Shown one piece after another: positions 18,698 to 29,096 of a stretch of DNA of 64,000 bases (position 1 is its first letter; each line of letters opens with the position of its first letter). The position numbers were made by a program, and so were the translations under genes. Below the pieces are notes generated by a model, which had not been told where the DNA came from, searched no databases, and worked only from the letters and a program-made list of their open reading frames with translations. Source of the stretch: Dehalococcoidia bacterium (GTDB lineage: Bacteria > Chloroflexota > Dehalococcoidia > UBA2979); contig JAPYRK010000004.1 in NCBI GenBank assembly GCA_029941115.1, positions 21,271-85,270 on the forward strand. The letters run 5' to 3'.

Positions 18698-20469
18698 GTT
18701 TCTACGAAGACGAGCCGTTAACCGTCAGTTTCGACCGAACTGTCGTAACCAGATTCTGGGGGTATATGAAACCCTACAGGTTGTGGCTATTTCTGTCAGT
18801 CTTATCCACAGTCGTACTTGCAATCCTCGAAATACTTCCCTGGCTGCTGGTACAGCGCGCAATTGATAGTCACGTAACGCCAAAGGAGTTAACAGGGTTC
18901 AACGAGTTAATTGTTCAATTCCTCCTCATACTTGCTGGAATCTTTATTCTGCGATACGGCCAGACATGGATCATGATGTGGATCGGTCAGAAAATAATTC
19001 TTCGCATGCGGTTAGAGTTATTTCGCCACATCGAGTTTATGTCGGCCTCCTTCTTTGATAAGAACCCCGTTGGCAGACTCGTGACAAGATTGACCGGCGA
19101 TATTCAACAGATTGAAATGGTCGTTTCACAAGGAGTTGTACAAATACTCTCAAATCTTTTAGTTGCCAGCGCTATGGTGGCAGCAATGTACGTCATCTAC
19201 TGGCAATTGGCTGCGGTGCTCACGCTGTTCCTAGTCCCACTTATCTTGATCATCCGCAGATTTGCCCAAGCCCAGCGTGAAGCCTTTCGTGATCAGAGGA
19301 TTTGGATGGCACGCATTGGGGCTTACCTAAATGAAATAATTACGGGGGTGTCCGTAATCCAATTATTCAATCGACAAAAGAAAAACCTGCAGCTATTCGA
19401 TCAACGTAACCAAGGTGCGCTAGATTCAAATATGCGTGTGCTTTTCTGGTTTGCTGCTTTTGAACCAGTAGTCATTATTTTCACGGCGATTACAACGGCA
19501 GCGATAATATGGTACGGCGGGGGCGAAATCGTTCGAGGTGCCATAACTCTCGGCGTATTAGTTCAATTTCTTGGATATATGAATCGTTTTTTTTGGCCAG
19601 TTCGAGACCTCACTGAGCGATACACCATGATACAGGGAGCTATCGCGTCGGCGGAAAAGATCTTTGCAATCTTGGACACACCACACGGAATAGTCGACAC
19701 GAAGAATGCCAAGCCGCTTGGAACAATCAATGGAAAAATCGAATTTAAGAACGTTTGGTTCGCATATAACCGCGACAATTGGGTATTACGAGACATATCT
19801 TTCACAATTGACCCAGGAGAAAAAATTGCTATTGTCGGTGCGACTGGAGCTGGAAAGTCGACGACGATGGCTCTATTCTCCCGATTCTATGATATCGAGC
19901 ATGGCGAGATTCTAATCGACGATGTGCCCATCAAGTCAATGCCGCAGACGTGGCTCAGGCGAAATACAGGAATCATGCTTCAAGATCCATGGGTCTTCAC
20001 AGATACAATTACTGAAAATATTAGAATGCGTGATTCTATAATTTCGGTAGATACTGTTAAAAGAGCAACTGAAGCCGTAGGAGCTCATACCTTTATCAAC
20101 GCATTGCCGGCGGGATACGAAACTCATGTTTCAGAAAGAGGTGCGAATTTCTCCACCGGACAAAAGCAGCTAATCTCGCTTGCCAGGGTCGCAGCTTTTA
20201 ATCCTCAAATTGTTCTCGTGATGGATGAAGCAACTGCAAGCATTGATCCAGAAACCGAAGCAATTATTCAGGCGGGGCTCGCTACTGTTATGGAGGGACG
20301 TACATCCATAATTATCGCCCATCGTTTGAACACAATTCGGCACGTTGACCGAATCTTAGTCTTTCATCAGGGAGAATTAGTTGAAAACGGTAGTCACGAA
20401 GATCTAATCGCTAAAGCCGGAATCTACACGCAGTTATATGAAATGCAGTATGGCCTGACTAGTCAATAA
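18694..20469 (+). CDS. ABC exporter permease/ATPase, subunit with degenerate signature (heterodimer partner B)
   Basis: ATGA start/stop overlap with the upstream gene. Walker A GATGAGKST, Walker B VLVMDEAT (canonical Glu), signature FSTGQ (20149-20163) instead of LSGGQ. Confidence 0.9.
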   Translation: MSFYEDEPLTVSFDRTVVTRFWGYMKPYRLWLFLSVLSTVVLAILEILPWLLVQRAIDSHVTPKELTGFNELIVQFLLILAGIFILRYGQTWIMMWIGQKIILRMRLELFRHIEFMSASFFDKNPVGRLVTRLTGDIQQIEMVVSQGVVQILSNLLVASAMVAAMYVIYWQLAAVLTLFLVPLILIIRRFAQAQREAFRDQRIWMARIGAYLNEIITGVSVIQLFNRQKKNLQLFDQRNQGALDSNMRVLFWFAAFEPVVIIFTAITTAAIIWYGGGEIVRGAITLGVLVQFLGYMNRFFWPVRDLTERYTMIQGAIASAEKIFAILDTPHGIVDTKNAKPLGTINGKIEFKNVWFAYNRDNWVLRDISFTIDPGEKIAIVGATGAGKSTTMALFSRFYDIEHGEILIDDVPIKSMPQTWLRRNTGIMLQDPWVFTDTITENIRMRDSIISVDTVKRATEAVGAHTFINALPAGYETHVSERGANFSTGQKQLISLARVAAFNPQIVLVMDEATASIDPETEAIIQAGLATVMEGRTSIIIAHRLNTIRHVDRILVFHQGELVENGSHEDLIAKAGIYTQLYEMQYGLTSQ

Positions 20470-20509
20470 ATTACCTGTTTTGACGACTACTCAACCCCTA
20501 GGCCAAATT

Positions 20510-21328
20510 TTATATCCCTGTAAATTCAGGAGCACGTTTCTCTTCCCATGATCGTCTCGATTCTGCAACATCATGAGGTGCCCTTTGAGCAAAATTTAAT
20601 GCAGAAGTCTCATTAATTAGTGCTTGTTCTAACTCCACATGTAGATTTCGCTGGGTCACTCTTTTTGCTGATCGGACAGCCATTGGTGGCCATCGAGTGA
20701 TTTCTTCAGCAAACACTAGAGCCTCGTCTAATAGGTTTTCAGAAGAATCACTCAATCTATTGAGGAGACCTAATTGGTAAGCTTCAGCTGAATCAATCAT
20801 ACGAGACGTAAGAATCAAATCCATAGCTCTTGAATATCCCAATATTCTTGGCAGAAAGAACGACATTCCACTATCCGGTGACAAGCTTCTCTCCAAAAAT
20901 GTGGTCTTAAATCGAGTCAACTCAGAACCCACTCGCAAGTCACAAGCGAGCGCCATACTCATACCCGCTCCAACCGCAATACCATTCACTGCCGCAATAG
21001 TAGGTTTTGTCATTCTGTAAAAAGAAACAGCCTGCTCACCTACCCAGCCAAATTCATCAAGTCGGCGATTTTGATCAGGGACTTTGGGCTCTTCTGAGTC
21101 AATTCCTCCTGTTAGATCAGCACCTGCACAAAAACCTCTGCCAGATCCAGTAACGATCAGAGCACGAATATTGTCATCTGCCTCAATTTCGCTACATACT
21201 TCCCGCGTCTCATTCTGGAGATTCTTATTCAACGCATTTAGCACATCAGGGCGGCTTAATGTCAAAATACCAATATGCCCCTGACGCTCAAGAATAACCT
21301 CTTCGTAACTCAATTTAGTTCCTCGCAA
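20510..21328 (-). CDS. Enoyl-CoA hydratase/isomerase (crotonase family)
   Basis: ILTLSRPDVLNALN, GSGRGFCAGADL, IAAVNGIAVGAGMSMALACD crotonase motifs. Confidence 0.9.
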   Translation of the reverse strand: MRGTKLSYEEVILERQGHIGILTLSRPDVLNALNKNLQNETREVCSEIEADDNIRALIVTGSGRGFCAGADLTGGIDSEEPKVPDQNRRLDEFGWVGEQAVSFYRMTKPTIAAVNGIAVGAGMSMALACDLRVGSELTRFKTTFLERSLSPDSGMSFFLPRILGYSRAMDLILTSRMIDSAEAYQLGLLNRLSDSSENLLDEALVFAEEITRWPPMAVRSAKRVTQRNLHVELEQALINETSALNFAQRAPHDVAESRRSWEEKRAPEFTGI

Positions 21329-21431
21329 TCTAGATCTAAGCCTAACATTTTAACCACAGTCTACCTAAGTAAGTGTATGCTTAATTTATCCTGAAATTGG
21401 AAGAATTACGAGCCAGAAAGGTAGTGCTGCC

Positions 21432-22829
21432 ATGACAAACGCAACTGAAAATTCGTCACCAACGACTGACGCAGAACCCGCCTATAAAAAATCACGCCGA
21501 CTGAGTCGAATTCAACGCCGGGGACTGGATCCACTGTCTGGCAATATGATTCAAAAATTTTTAAAAAGATCTATCGTCAATATCGTCATCAGTATGCGTT
21601 CTTCGAAAGAAATGAGACGAACCGGAGTAGTTTACAATCCGCTATCTGAAGTTTCACATCAGGATCCTCAGACAATATGGAGAAATCTCCGATACAAAGA
21701 TCCTATCCATTGGTCTGACGTCGTCCAAGGCTGGGTCGTAAGTCGGCATTCTGACGTTGATTCCATCCTGAGAGACTTCAAACGATTCTCTAATGTCCCG
21801 CAAATGCTACTCGAGCAAAATAAACAATCACCCACAATCATTTCGTCTCCCGATGAGTTCGATGTAAATGCTCCGACCATGCTTCAATCGGATCCTCCAG
21901 ACCACACGAGATTACGAACATTGGTTTCACACGCCTTCACCCCCAAAGCAATTGCACTTTGGAAAACGACTGTCGAAACGGTTGCAGACGACTTAATTGA
22001 AAATATTAGTGAAAAAAAGAGTTTTGATTTCCTAACTGAATACGCGAATTTACTCCCCTTAATCGTGATAGCAGAGTTGATAGGAGTCCCTCACACGGAC
22101 AGAGATTTGTTTAAATCATGGTCAGTAAAAGTTGCTCGGACACTTGAGCCAACCATTACGGCCAGCCAAGCGGAAGAAGCTGACCAAGCTAGTATCGAAC
22201 TCGCTGAGTACTTTGATCAAATTATCCAGTCTCGAAGAATCCAACCAAAAGACGATCTCATTACTGTACTGATTCAGGCGGAAGAAGAGGGGGATAAATT
22301 AAATCACAAGGAAGTAATAGCTGCCCTTACGCTAATCCTAATAGCCGGCCACGAAACTACCTCGAATTTGCTCGGAAATGGTATGTATGCGCTACTAAGT
22401 AACCCTGAGCAGCTCACCTGGCTCCGTGAGAATCCTGAACAGGTCGATGTGGCTGTTGAAGAACTTCTACGTTTTGACTCACCCGTCGCAGTGAATGCAA
22501 GAACAGCGTTGGAAGATGTCGACGTGGGTGGTGTTCCAGTTAAAGCTGGTGATACCTTAATTCTACTGCAGGGATCTGGCAACTTCGATGAGAATTTAAG
22601 AGATCACTCTGACGCTCTGGCCCTTGAGAATGGTGACAAGAATCACTTATCGTTTGGACGTGGGATACATTACTGCCTAGGGGCACCATTAGCCCGGCTC
22701 GAGGGTCAAATAGGCTTTCAAAAAGTTCTCGATCGTTGGAGCGACATCCAGCTAGCTGAGTCACCAGAATATAAGGATCATATAGTGCTCAGGGGATTAA
22801 AAACATTAAATGTTCAGGTGAACGATTAA
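21432..22829 (+). CDS. Cytochrome P450
   Basis: Heme-Cys motif FGRGIHYCLGAPLAR, I-helix AGHETT, ExxR (EELLRFDSP). The first ~55 aa look like an extension, so the true start is uncertain. Confidence 0.9.
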   Translation: MTNATENSSPTTDAEPAYKKSRRLSRIQRRGLDPLSGNMIQKFLKRSIVNIVISMRSSKEMRRTGVVYNPLSEVSHQDPQTIWRNLRYKDPIHWSDVVQGWVVSRHSDVDSILRDFKRFSNVPQMLLEQNKQSPTIISSPDEFDVNAPTMLQSDPPDHTRLRTLVSHAFTPKAIALWKTTVETVADDLIENISEKKSFDFLTEYANLLPLIVIAELIGVPHTDRDLFKSWSVKVARTLEPTITASQAEEADQASIELAEYFDQIIQSRRIQPKDDLITVLIQAEEEGDKLNHKEVIAALTLILIAGHETTSNLLGNGMYALLSNPEQLTWLRENPEQVDVAVEELLRFDSPVAVNARTALEDVDVGGVPVKAGDTLILLQGSGNFDENLRDHSDALALENGDKNHLSFGRGIHYCLGAPLARLEGQIGFQKVLDRWSDIQLAESPEYKDHIVLRGLKTLNVQVND

Positions 22830-22879
22830 AAGTTGTATTAGTCATTTCATGAACCTGCCTTGAGATTTACAATAAATGT

Positions 22880-24886
22880 ATGAATCCTATATTTAAATCA
22901 AACACGCGCACGCCACCATTCAACTACCAAGGTGTCAAATATGAGGACGTGCAAGTTGCGATTGATGAGGCAGTTCGTATTACGAATAGTATCTATCAGG
23001 AAGTCGCAGAGATATCCGATAATGATCGCACATTTGAAAACACAGTTCGCCCACTAGATGACGTGACAAATCTTCTGGTGGAAACAGATGGAGCGTTTTG
23101 TTTCTTAGCCTACGTATCAGACGACGAAGAAATGAGACAAGTTGCTCAACAGGCCGACGAAAAACTATCTGCATTTCAAACACTTCTGGGATTCCGGCAG
23201 GATATTTATGAATCTGTCATAGCCTATACAAAAACTACGGAATTCATGAATCGTACCCCCATCGAGAAAAGGCTGGTCAGTTTTATACAACGGGACTATC
23301 GAAGAAATGGGCTTGATCAGCCCAAAAGGCAGCAAAATGAAATTAAGAAGCTTCGCCAACGGCTCGTGACACTAGGAATTAAATTTAGAAGGAATATCGA
23401 TGAGTACGAAGATTATATTCTTGTCCCGCGAGAGGAACTCGATGGCTTACCTGACAATTATATTAACAGTCTTACCAAACAATCCACGACACAGGGTGAG
23501 CTCTTCCAAATCTCACTGGATTATCCTGAAATGTATCCATTTATGGAGACTGCTGAATCAGAATTCTGGCGGAAAGAATTATTTCTAAAAAACCACAACA
23601 AAGCAGCTGAACTTAATACTACGTTGCTCGAGGAGGCCCTCGGAATCCGTCTGAAAATTGCTCAACTTCTAGGATTCAATTCTTGGGCTGAGTATTCTAT
23701 TGAGCTCAAAATGGCACAGACTCCTGAACGTGCCAACTCTTTTCTTACAGATTTACACAGCAACGTGCAAATAAAAGCAAATGGAGATCTGCAAATCTTG
23801 CTTCAAGAAAAACAGAGTCATTTAAAGGATTCGAACGCGAAATTAGAAATCTGGGATTGGCGCTATTACCAGCAGCGTGTGCGGCAAGAAAAATTCAGTG
23901 TGGATCAATTCAAAGTTGCAGAATATTTCCCGCTCGATGCAGTTTTAACTGGAATGTTCGAGATTTATCAAAAAGTAACAGGTGTCGTTTTTCAGCAAAT
24001 AGATGTCGCACAGTCGTGGCACACGGATGTGCGACTGTATGGGGTGACAGACTCGACCACCAACGAGCACCTCGCACATTTCTACATGGACCTGCACCCA
24101 AGACCAGGTAAATTTGGACATGCTGCGGCATTCACACTGCGATCTAGTAGAAAACAATCAGATGGAACTCGACAGCCAGCAATTTCCGCGATAGTTGCCA
24201 ATTTCACAAAGCCCACAGCGGAAACCCCAAGTCTATTGCGACACAGTGAAGTCGAGACCCTATTCCATGAGTTTGGTCACATTCTGCATCAGACCCTAAC
24301 AAAGGCTCCGTTCAGTCGATTCTCAGGCACTGCCGTGGAACGTGACTTTGTCGAAGCTCCTAGTCAAATGCTTGAACACTGGGCCTGGGACAGTGATGTC
24401 CTCACCGGGTTCACACGCCATAAAGACACCGGTAAACCATTACCGCAGAGTTTGCTCGACCAAATGGTGAAGGCAAAAAATATTGGAAGTGGAATTCATT
24501 ATCTGAGACAAATTTACTTCGCTTCACTAGATCTTGCCTACCATGGCGTTGATTCAATCACCGACTCCGATAAACTCGCTCGTGAATTACATGAAATCAC
24601 GTCATTTGAATTCCCAGAGAACACACATTTTCAGGCTGGATTTGGCCACTTATTTGGATACGATGCAGGGTACTATGGATATCTTTGGTCACAAGTTTTC
24701 GGTGATGACATGTTCACCAGATTCGAAAATGAGGATCCGATCGACGTCGGAAGAGATTACAGAAAATTTATTCTTGAGCCCGGAGGCTCTAAGGATGCCG
24801 AAACACAAATTATAGACTTTCTCGGACGAGAACCTAATAATCAAGCATTTATTGAAGAAATTGGATTAGACAGTAACTCTGTCTAA
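22880..24886 (+). CDS. M3 family metallopeptidase (thimet oligopeptidase/Dcp-like)
   Basis: HEFGHILH zinc motif in an M3-type context (TLFHEFGH...EAPSQMLE). 668 aa. Confidence 0.85.
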   Translation: MNPIFKSNTRTPPFNYQGVKYEDVQVAIDEAVRITNSIYQEVAEISDNDRTFENTVRPLDDVTNLLVETDGAFCFLAYVSDDEEMRQVAQQADEKLSAFQTLLGFRQDIYESVIAYTKTTEFMNRTPIEKRLVSFIQRDYRRNGLDQPKRQQNEIKKLRQRLVTLGIKFRRNIDEYEDYILVPREELDGLPDNYINSLTKQSTTQGELFQISLDYPEMYPFMETAESEFWRKELFLKNHNKAAELNTTLLEEALGIRLKIAQLLGFNSWAEYSIELKMAQTPERANSFLTDLHSNVQIKANGDLQILLQEKQSHLKDSNAKLEIWDWRYYQQRVRQEKFSVDQFKVAEYFPLDAVLTGMFEIYQKVTGVVFQQIDVAQSWHTDVRLYGVTDSTTNEHLAHFYMDLHPRPGKFGHAAAFTLRSSRKQSDGTRQPAISAIVANFTKPTAETPSLLRHSEVETLFHEFGHILHQTLTKAPFSRFSGTAVERDFVEAPSQMLEHWAWDSDVLTGFTRHKDTGKPLPQSLLDQMVKAKNIGSGIHYLRQIYFASLDLAYHGVDSITDSDKLARELHEITSFEFPENTHFQAGFGHLFGYDAGYYGYLWSQVFGDDMFTRFENEDPIDVGRDYRKFILEPGGSKDAETQIIDFLGREPNNQAFIEEIGLDSNSV

Positions 24887-24960
24887 CTCGGGCCTAGCAC
24901 AGATGAGTAGATCCGCTTTACACTGTCTCAAAATTATCTTCTCAAAGTGGATGGAGAATT

Positions 24961-25863
24961 ATGATGGCTAGTCAAACCGAAACAAAAAACACATTCGTAG
25001 GTATGCAACTTGAAACTACTCGACAAACAATTTCCCAAGATGTAATCAATGACTATGTACAACGAACTGGGGATAATCATCCTTGGTATACAGGCGAATC
25101 TCCGTTCGGAAAGCCTCTGGTTCCGGCCATGCTAACTTACAATTGGCCAGGACATCCAAATACTACATGGTATCCGGAAAATATCTATGGCAACCTCCAT
25201 GCCCGACATGAGTTTGAGTGGTATCAACCCGCGCTCGCCGGCGACACATTAATTGGTCATCGCGTGATTGTTGATCGATATGAGAAACGAGGTCGTGTCT
25301 ATTTAGTGCCAGAATTAACTATCGTTCGGGAATCGGATGGGGCAATAATTCTCAAACAACGACATCATCAATCGTTTTTGCTTGAAGGAGAGTCTTTACA
25401 AGAAACAAAGACCGTTGCAGTCGATAAGTCTCGGGAACAGGAAGCTACGAGAACACGAAGCAGTCACCCAAGTGATGGCGAGTCCTTAGAAATATTCGGT
25501 CCCGTCTCTAAATTCGTAGATAAAGCAGTGGCTGACCAATATTCTGGCTTGAAGCCCAATTATCATAATGACCTAGAGGCCGCCAGCGATCTTGGATTCC
25601 CTGACATCGTCGTACAAGGAACTCTTTCACTATCGTACATTTGTGAATTACTTACAAAACGATTTGGTGCCGGTTTATTCGTTGGTGGGCGACTAGATAT
25701 CAAGTTTGTTAATGTCCTTTGGGTGGGAGAAAACATCTCTGCTAAAGGTGCGCTGCGTGAGTTAACTCAAGAAGGCGGTAAAGAAAGAGCGCAAACCACG
25801 GTTTGGACTGAAAAGGATGATGGAACTGTCACCATTGTCGGCCAAGCCTCAGCAGTAATCTAA
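24961..25863 (+). CDS. Double hot-dog MaoC-like (de)hydratase
   Basis: 300 aa. N-terminal hot-dog (..DYVQRTGDNHPWY..) and a second MaoC-like half separated by a hydrophilic linker. Pattern recognition. Confidence 0.65.
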   Translation: MMASQTETKNTFVGMQLETTRQTISQDVINDYVQRTGDNHPWYTGESPFGKPLVPAMLTYNWPGHPNTTWYPENIYGNLHARHEFEWYQPALAGDTLIGHRVIVDRYEKRGRVYLVPELTIVRESDGAIILKQRHHQSFLLEGESLQETKTVAVDKSREQEATRTRSSHPSDGESLEIFGPVSKFVDKAVADQYSGLKPNYHNDLEAASDLGFPDIVVQGTLSLSYICELLTKRFGAGLFVGGRLDIKFVNVLWVGENISAKGALRELTQEGGKERAQTTVWTEKDDGTVTIVGQASAVI

Positions 25864-25878
25864 CGACAATATTTATCA

Positions 25879-27432
25879 GTGCAAAACACGGATCTTGTTT
25901 ATGACGTTGTTGTACTTGGTGCTGGATCAGCAGGTAGTGTTGTTGCTGCACGGGCATCTGAAGATCCAAACAAACAAATATGTCTGATTGAATCTGGACC
26001 AGATTATACCGACTCGACTAGCCTTCCAGATGATCTTGCCAATCCGTACAAGAATTCACTCGTCGATCATGATTGGAATCACAGTTATCAACCGACGGCT
26101 GAGCATGAGAACATTAACTTTCCTCGGGGTCGTGTTACGGGCGGTTCATCAGCCGTCAATACAACCATAGCCTTGCGGGGTATCCCTGAAGATTACGATT
26201 ACTGGGCCGATCTTGGAAATTCGGAATGGAGTTGGTCAAACGTTTTGCCCAGTTTCATTCGTCTCGAAAGAGATCTCGATTTTGGTGCTGAACAATACCA
26301 TGGTGATGCCGGGCCAATCGCTATACGACGACATCCCTGGAACGAACTAACAACCAGTCATCAAGCATGGTGGGAAACCGCTCGAAACTTAGGAATTCCT
26401 GATTGCGACGACCACAATCGCCCAGACTCATTTGGCGCTGGTGCTCAGCCTATGAACCGGATTGGGAAACTCCGAATCTCGACCGCCCTAGCTTACCTTG
26501 GACCAGCTAGAACAAGGCCTAATCTCACAATTCAGGCCGACAGTCATGTGAGACGGCTAATAATAAAAAACCACAGAGTGACTTCAGTGGAAATTCAAAC
26601 TGCTGACGGTGCGATTAAAAAGATCCATGCAAAGTTATTTGTGCTGTCGGCCGGAGCAATCCAAACACCAGGTGTGCTGAGGCGGAGTGGAATTGGCAAA
26701 CCAGATGATATCCAGGCGATGGGACTTGATCTTGTGGCTCAAGCTAACGGCGTTGGCCATAATCTCCAGGATCACCCAATAATTGCGCTCACATGTGAGT
26801 TAGTCGACCCGACATTAGCACTCCCCGACATGCCGTTAATTCAAACGGTCATGCGATACACGGCTAATGGATCGAAACATAGAAATGATCTCCAAATTGA
26901 GTTAACCAGCTGGACACAACGTGATGATATTCCCAGTTCATTCGCCCTTCTCGGAGTGCTGGAACACACCTACAGTTCGGGTTCAGTTCTAACCGAATCA
27001 AGTGATCCGTTCGCACAACCAGTAATCAATTCGCTCTTCTGTGAGGATGACAAAGATGCCTCTCGACTGACACAAGGTCTACAAGATTGCTTACAGTTCA
27101 GTCGTACCAAGCCGCTAAGTGATCTCATTAGCAAAGTTAGCTGCAACTCTCAAGAAGTGAGTAAGCTAGATACCGAAGAACTTACAAGGCTAGTTCGAAG
27201 ATATGCAAAAAGCGGCTACCATCCATGTGGGACCGCAAAGATGGGCCTGATCACTGATCCAGAATCGGTGGTAGATCAGTATGGTAGGTCACACTCTATT
27301 GATGGCTTAGTCATCGCAGATGCCTCAATTATGCCTCAGATACCACGCGCTAATACAAATTTGACAAGTATTATGATTGGGGAGCGTATCGGTGAGTGGA
27401 TCAGAACTGATTCAGCCAGATATGGAATCTAA
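25879..27432 (+). CDS. GMC family FAD-dependent oxidoreductase (choline dehydrogenase-like)
   Basis: YDVVVLGAGSAGSVVAARASED dinucleotide fold, GGSSAVNT motif, C-terminal HPCGTAKMG. GTG start. Confidence 0.85.
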   Translation: MQNTDLVYDVVVLGAGSAGSVVAARASEDPNKQICLIESGPDYTDSTSLPDDLANPYKNSLVDHDWNHSYQPTAEHENINFPRGRVTGGSSAVNTTIALRGIPEDYDYWADLGNSEWSWSNVLPSFIRLERDLDFGAEQYHGDAGPIAIRRHPWNELTTSHQAWWETARNLGIPDCDDHNRPDSFGAGAQPMNRIGKLRISTALAYLGPARTRPNLTIQADSHVRRLIIKNHRVTSVEIQTADGAIKKIHAKLFVLSAGAIQTPGVLRRSGIGKPDDIQAMGLDLVAQANGVGHNLQDHPIIALTCELVDPTLALPDMPLIQTVMRYTANGSKHRNDLQIELTSWTQRDDIPSSFALLGVLEHTYSSGSVLTESSDPFAQPVINSLFCEDDKDASRLTQGLQDCLQFSRTKPLSDLISKVSCNSQEVSKLDTEELTRLVRRYAKSGYHPCGTAKMGLITDPESVVDQYGRSHSIDGLVIADASIMPQIPRANTNLTSIMIGERIGEWIRTDSARYGI

Positions 27433-27460
27433 TATCTTCATACCCCAAAGGGCCTAATAA

Positions 27461-28018
27461 ATGAACGATATCACCGAAGAGTTACTCGCAAATTTTCACG
27501 CGGCCATAGATACCTATCCCGACTTTCCAACTAAAGGGATTCTTTTCAGAGATGTCAGTCCGCTCTTTCGCGACATAAATCTACTCAATCAGGGCGTCGT
27601 TATTCTTGAGAGCCGATTCAACTTCGACCAGATCGACATAATAGTGGGAATAGAAGCACGAGGACTTCCGATCGCCTCTTTACTTGCCAAATCAACCAAT
27701 AAGCCAATGGTAATGGCAAGAAAGTCTGGCAAATTACCAGGAAAAGTTAAGCAAAAACAGTATGGTTTGGAATATGGCAATGCGGCCGTTGAAATTCAGG
27801 TCAACGCTATCTCCCAAGGCAAAAAGGTCTTGATAATCGACGACTTGCTCGCCACGGGCGGGACGGCTCGAGCCACATCCGATCTAGTCACCGATCTAGG
27901 AGCAGAGGTTTGCGGACTCGCCTTCCTAGTTGAGTTAGCTGGCTTAAACGGTCGTGACATGCTCAGTCACGACGCACAAATTGAAAGCCTAATAACTCTT
28001 CCCGCAGGTAAAACATAA
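27461..28018 (+). CDS. apt: Adenine phosphoribosyltransferase
   Basis: 185 aa. PRPP-binding motif VLIIDDLLATGGTA, and FPTKGILFRDVSPL at the N-terminus. Confidence 0.9.
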   Translation: MNDITEELLANFHAAIDTYPDFPTKGILFRDVSPLFRDINLLNQGVVILESRFNFDQIDIIVGIEARGLPIASLLAKSTNKPMVMARKSGKLPGKVKQKQYGLEYGNAAVEIQVNAISQGKKVLIIDDLLATGGTARATSDLVTDLGAEVCGLAFLVELAGLNGRDMLSHDAQIESLITLPAGKT

Positions 28019-28043
28019 GAATACTGACGATAATCGTAGAAGC

Positions 28044-28982
28044 TTACTTGAATTGAGGCATCACTGATTTTGCAAACAATTCAGCGGGTTCACGCACATC
28101 CTTACCGAAAAATTCGATTTGAAACATATTACAGCCCAACTCAAGGTGTTGACCGATTCTGTCAACAATTTGATTAGGTGTTCCTGAAAGCGCCAATGCG
28201 CCTGCTGGGTTACCCATGTGCCCACCGAATATTTTTTGAGCTGTCTCAATCATCGGATTAACCACAGATTCATCCTCTGCAATAGTGACCAGGCACTGCT
28301 GGGAAACCGTGATATCATCCGGATTACGCCCAAGATCCTCGGCGTGAGTACGCAATACTTCGACTTTATGGCCAACATTATCCTGACCACCAGCTGAATT
28401 ATTCCAGATATCCGCGTATTGAGCGGCGATACGCATAGTTACCTTTTCACCACCTCCACCAATGAGAATCTTCGGCCGTCGAGTCGGTTTCGGCAGAGTT
28501 ACTACATTTTCAGTTTGTACGTATTTCCCATCAAAACTAACTTCTTCCTCATCTTCATCCCACATTCGTTGCAGCAGTTGTACTACTTCACGTAACTGGC
28601 CCAGTCTCTCCTTTGGTTCAAGAAATGGCATCCCAAAGTCTGTAAATTCCCGAGGCATCCAACCACTCCCAAGTCCGACGATCACTCGGCCCCCAGAAAT
28701 ATGATCAGCCGTGGCAACCACTTTGCCAAGGTGTGCTGGATTTCTCATACCGACAGGAGTGACTAGCGTGCCAAGCTCAACCTGGCTAGTGACCGCGGCC
28801 AATGCCGAAATCTGTGTCCAAGCTTCAAGTATAGGAATTTGCGGAGATGTCGGGCCATAAAGGTGATCATTTACCCAGAGAGATTCAAATCCCGCGCTTT
28901 CAAAAAATGTCGCGGCGTCTCGCGCCTGATCCCAAGTTCTCTTAATCTGTGGAACCATCGTTCCGAAGTGAACATCGCTCAT
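28044..28982 (-). CDS. LLM-class flavin/F420-dependent oxidoreductase
   Basis: Luciferase-like pattern (FESLWVNDHL, GGRVIVGLGSGW). Start moved to ATG 28982 (GGAGG 7 nt upstream) from GTG 28994. Confidence 0.85.
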   Translation of the reverse strand: MSDVHFGTMVPQIKRTWDQARDAATFFESAGFESLWVNDHLYGPTSPQIPILEAWTQISALAAVTSQVELGTLVTPVGMRNPAHLGKVVATADHISGGRVIVGLGSGWMPREFTDFGMPFLEPKERLGQLREVVQLLQRMWDEDEEEVSFDGKYVQTENVVTLPKPTRRPKILIGGGGEKVTMRIAAQYADIWNNSAGGQDNVGHKVEVLRTHAEDLGRNPDDITVSQQCLVTIAEDESVVNPMIETAQKIFGGHMGNPAGALALSGTPNQIVDRIGQHLELGCNMFQIEFFGKDVREPAELFAKSVMPQFK

Positions 28983-29016
28983 TATTTCCTCCACTACTTA
29001 TCGGGGCTTAACCCGC

Positions 29017-29045
29017 TATATAAATCTTGAAACTTTTCCTAACAA
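29017..29045 (-). promoter_or_regulatory. Putative promoter for the LLM gene
   Basis: Minus strand: TTGTTA (29040-29045), 17 nt, TATATA (29017-29022), in the 114-bp spacer upstream of 28982. Confidence 0.3.
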
Positions 29046-29096
29046 TATCAGATCTTGACTCGGCTCAGTAGCGGTCGGCCAAAACAGGACCAGAGT

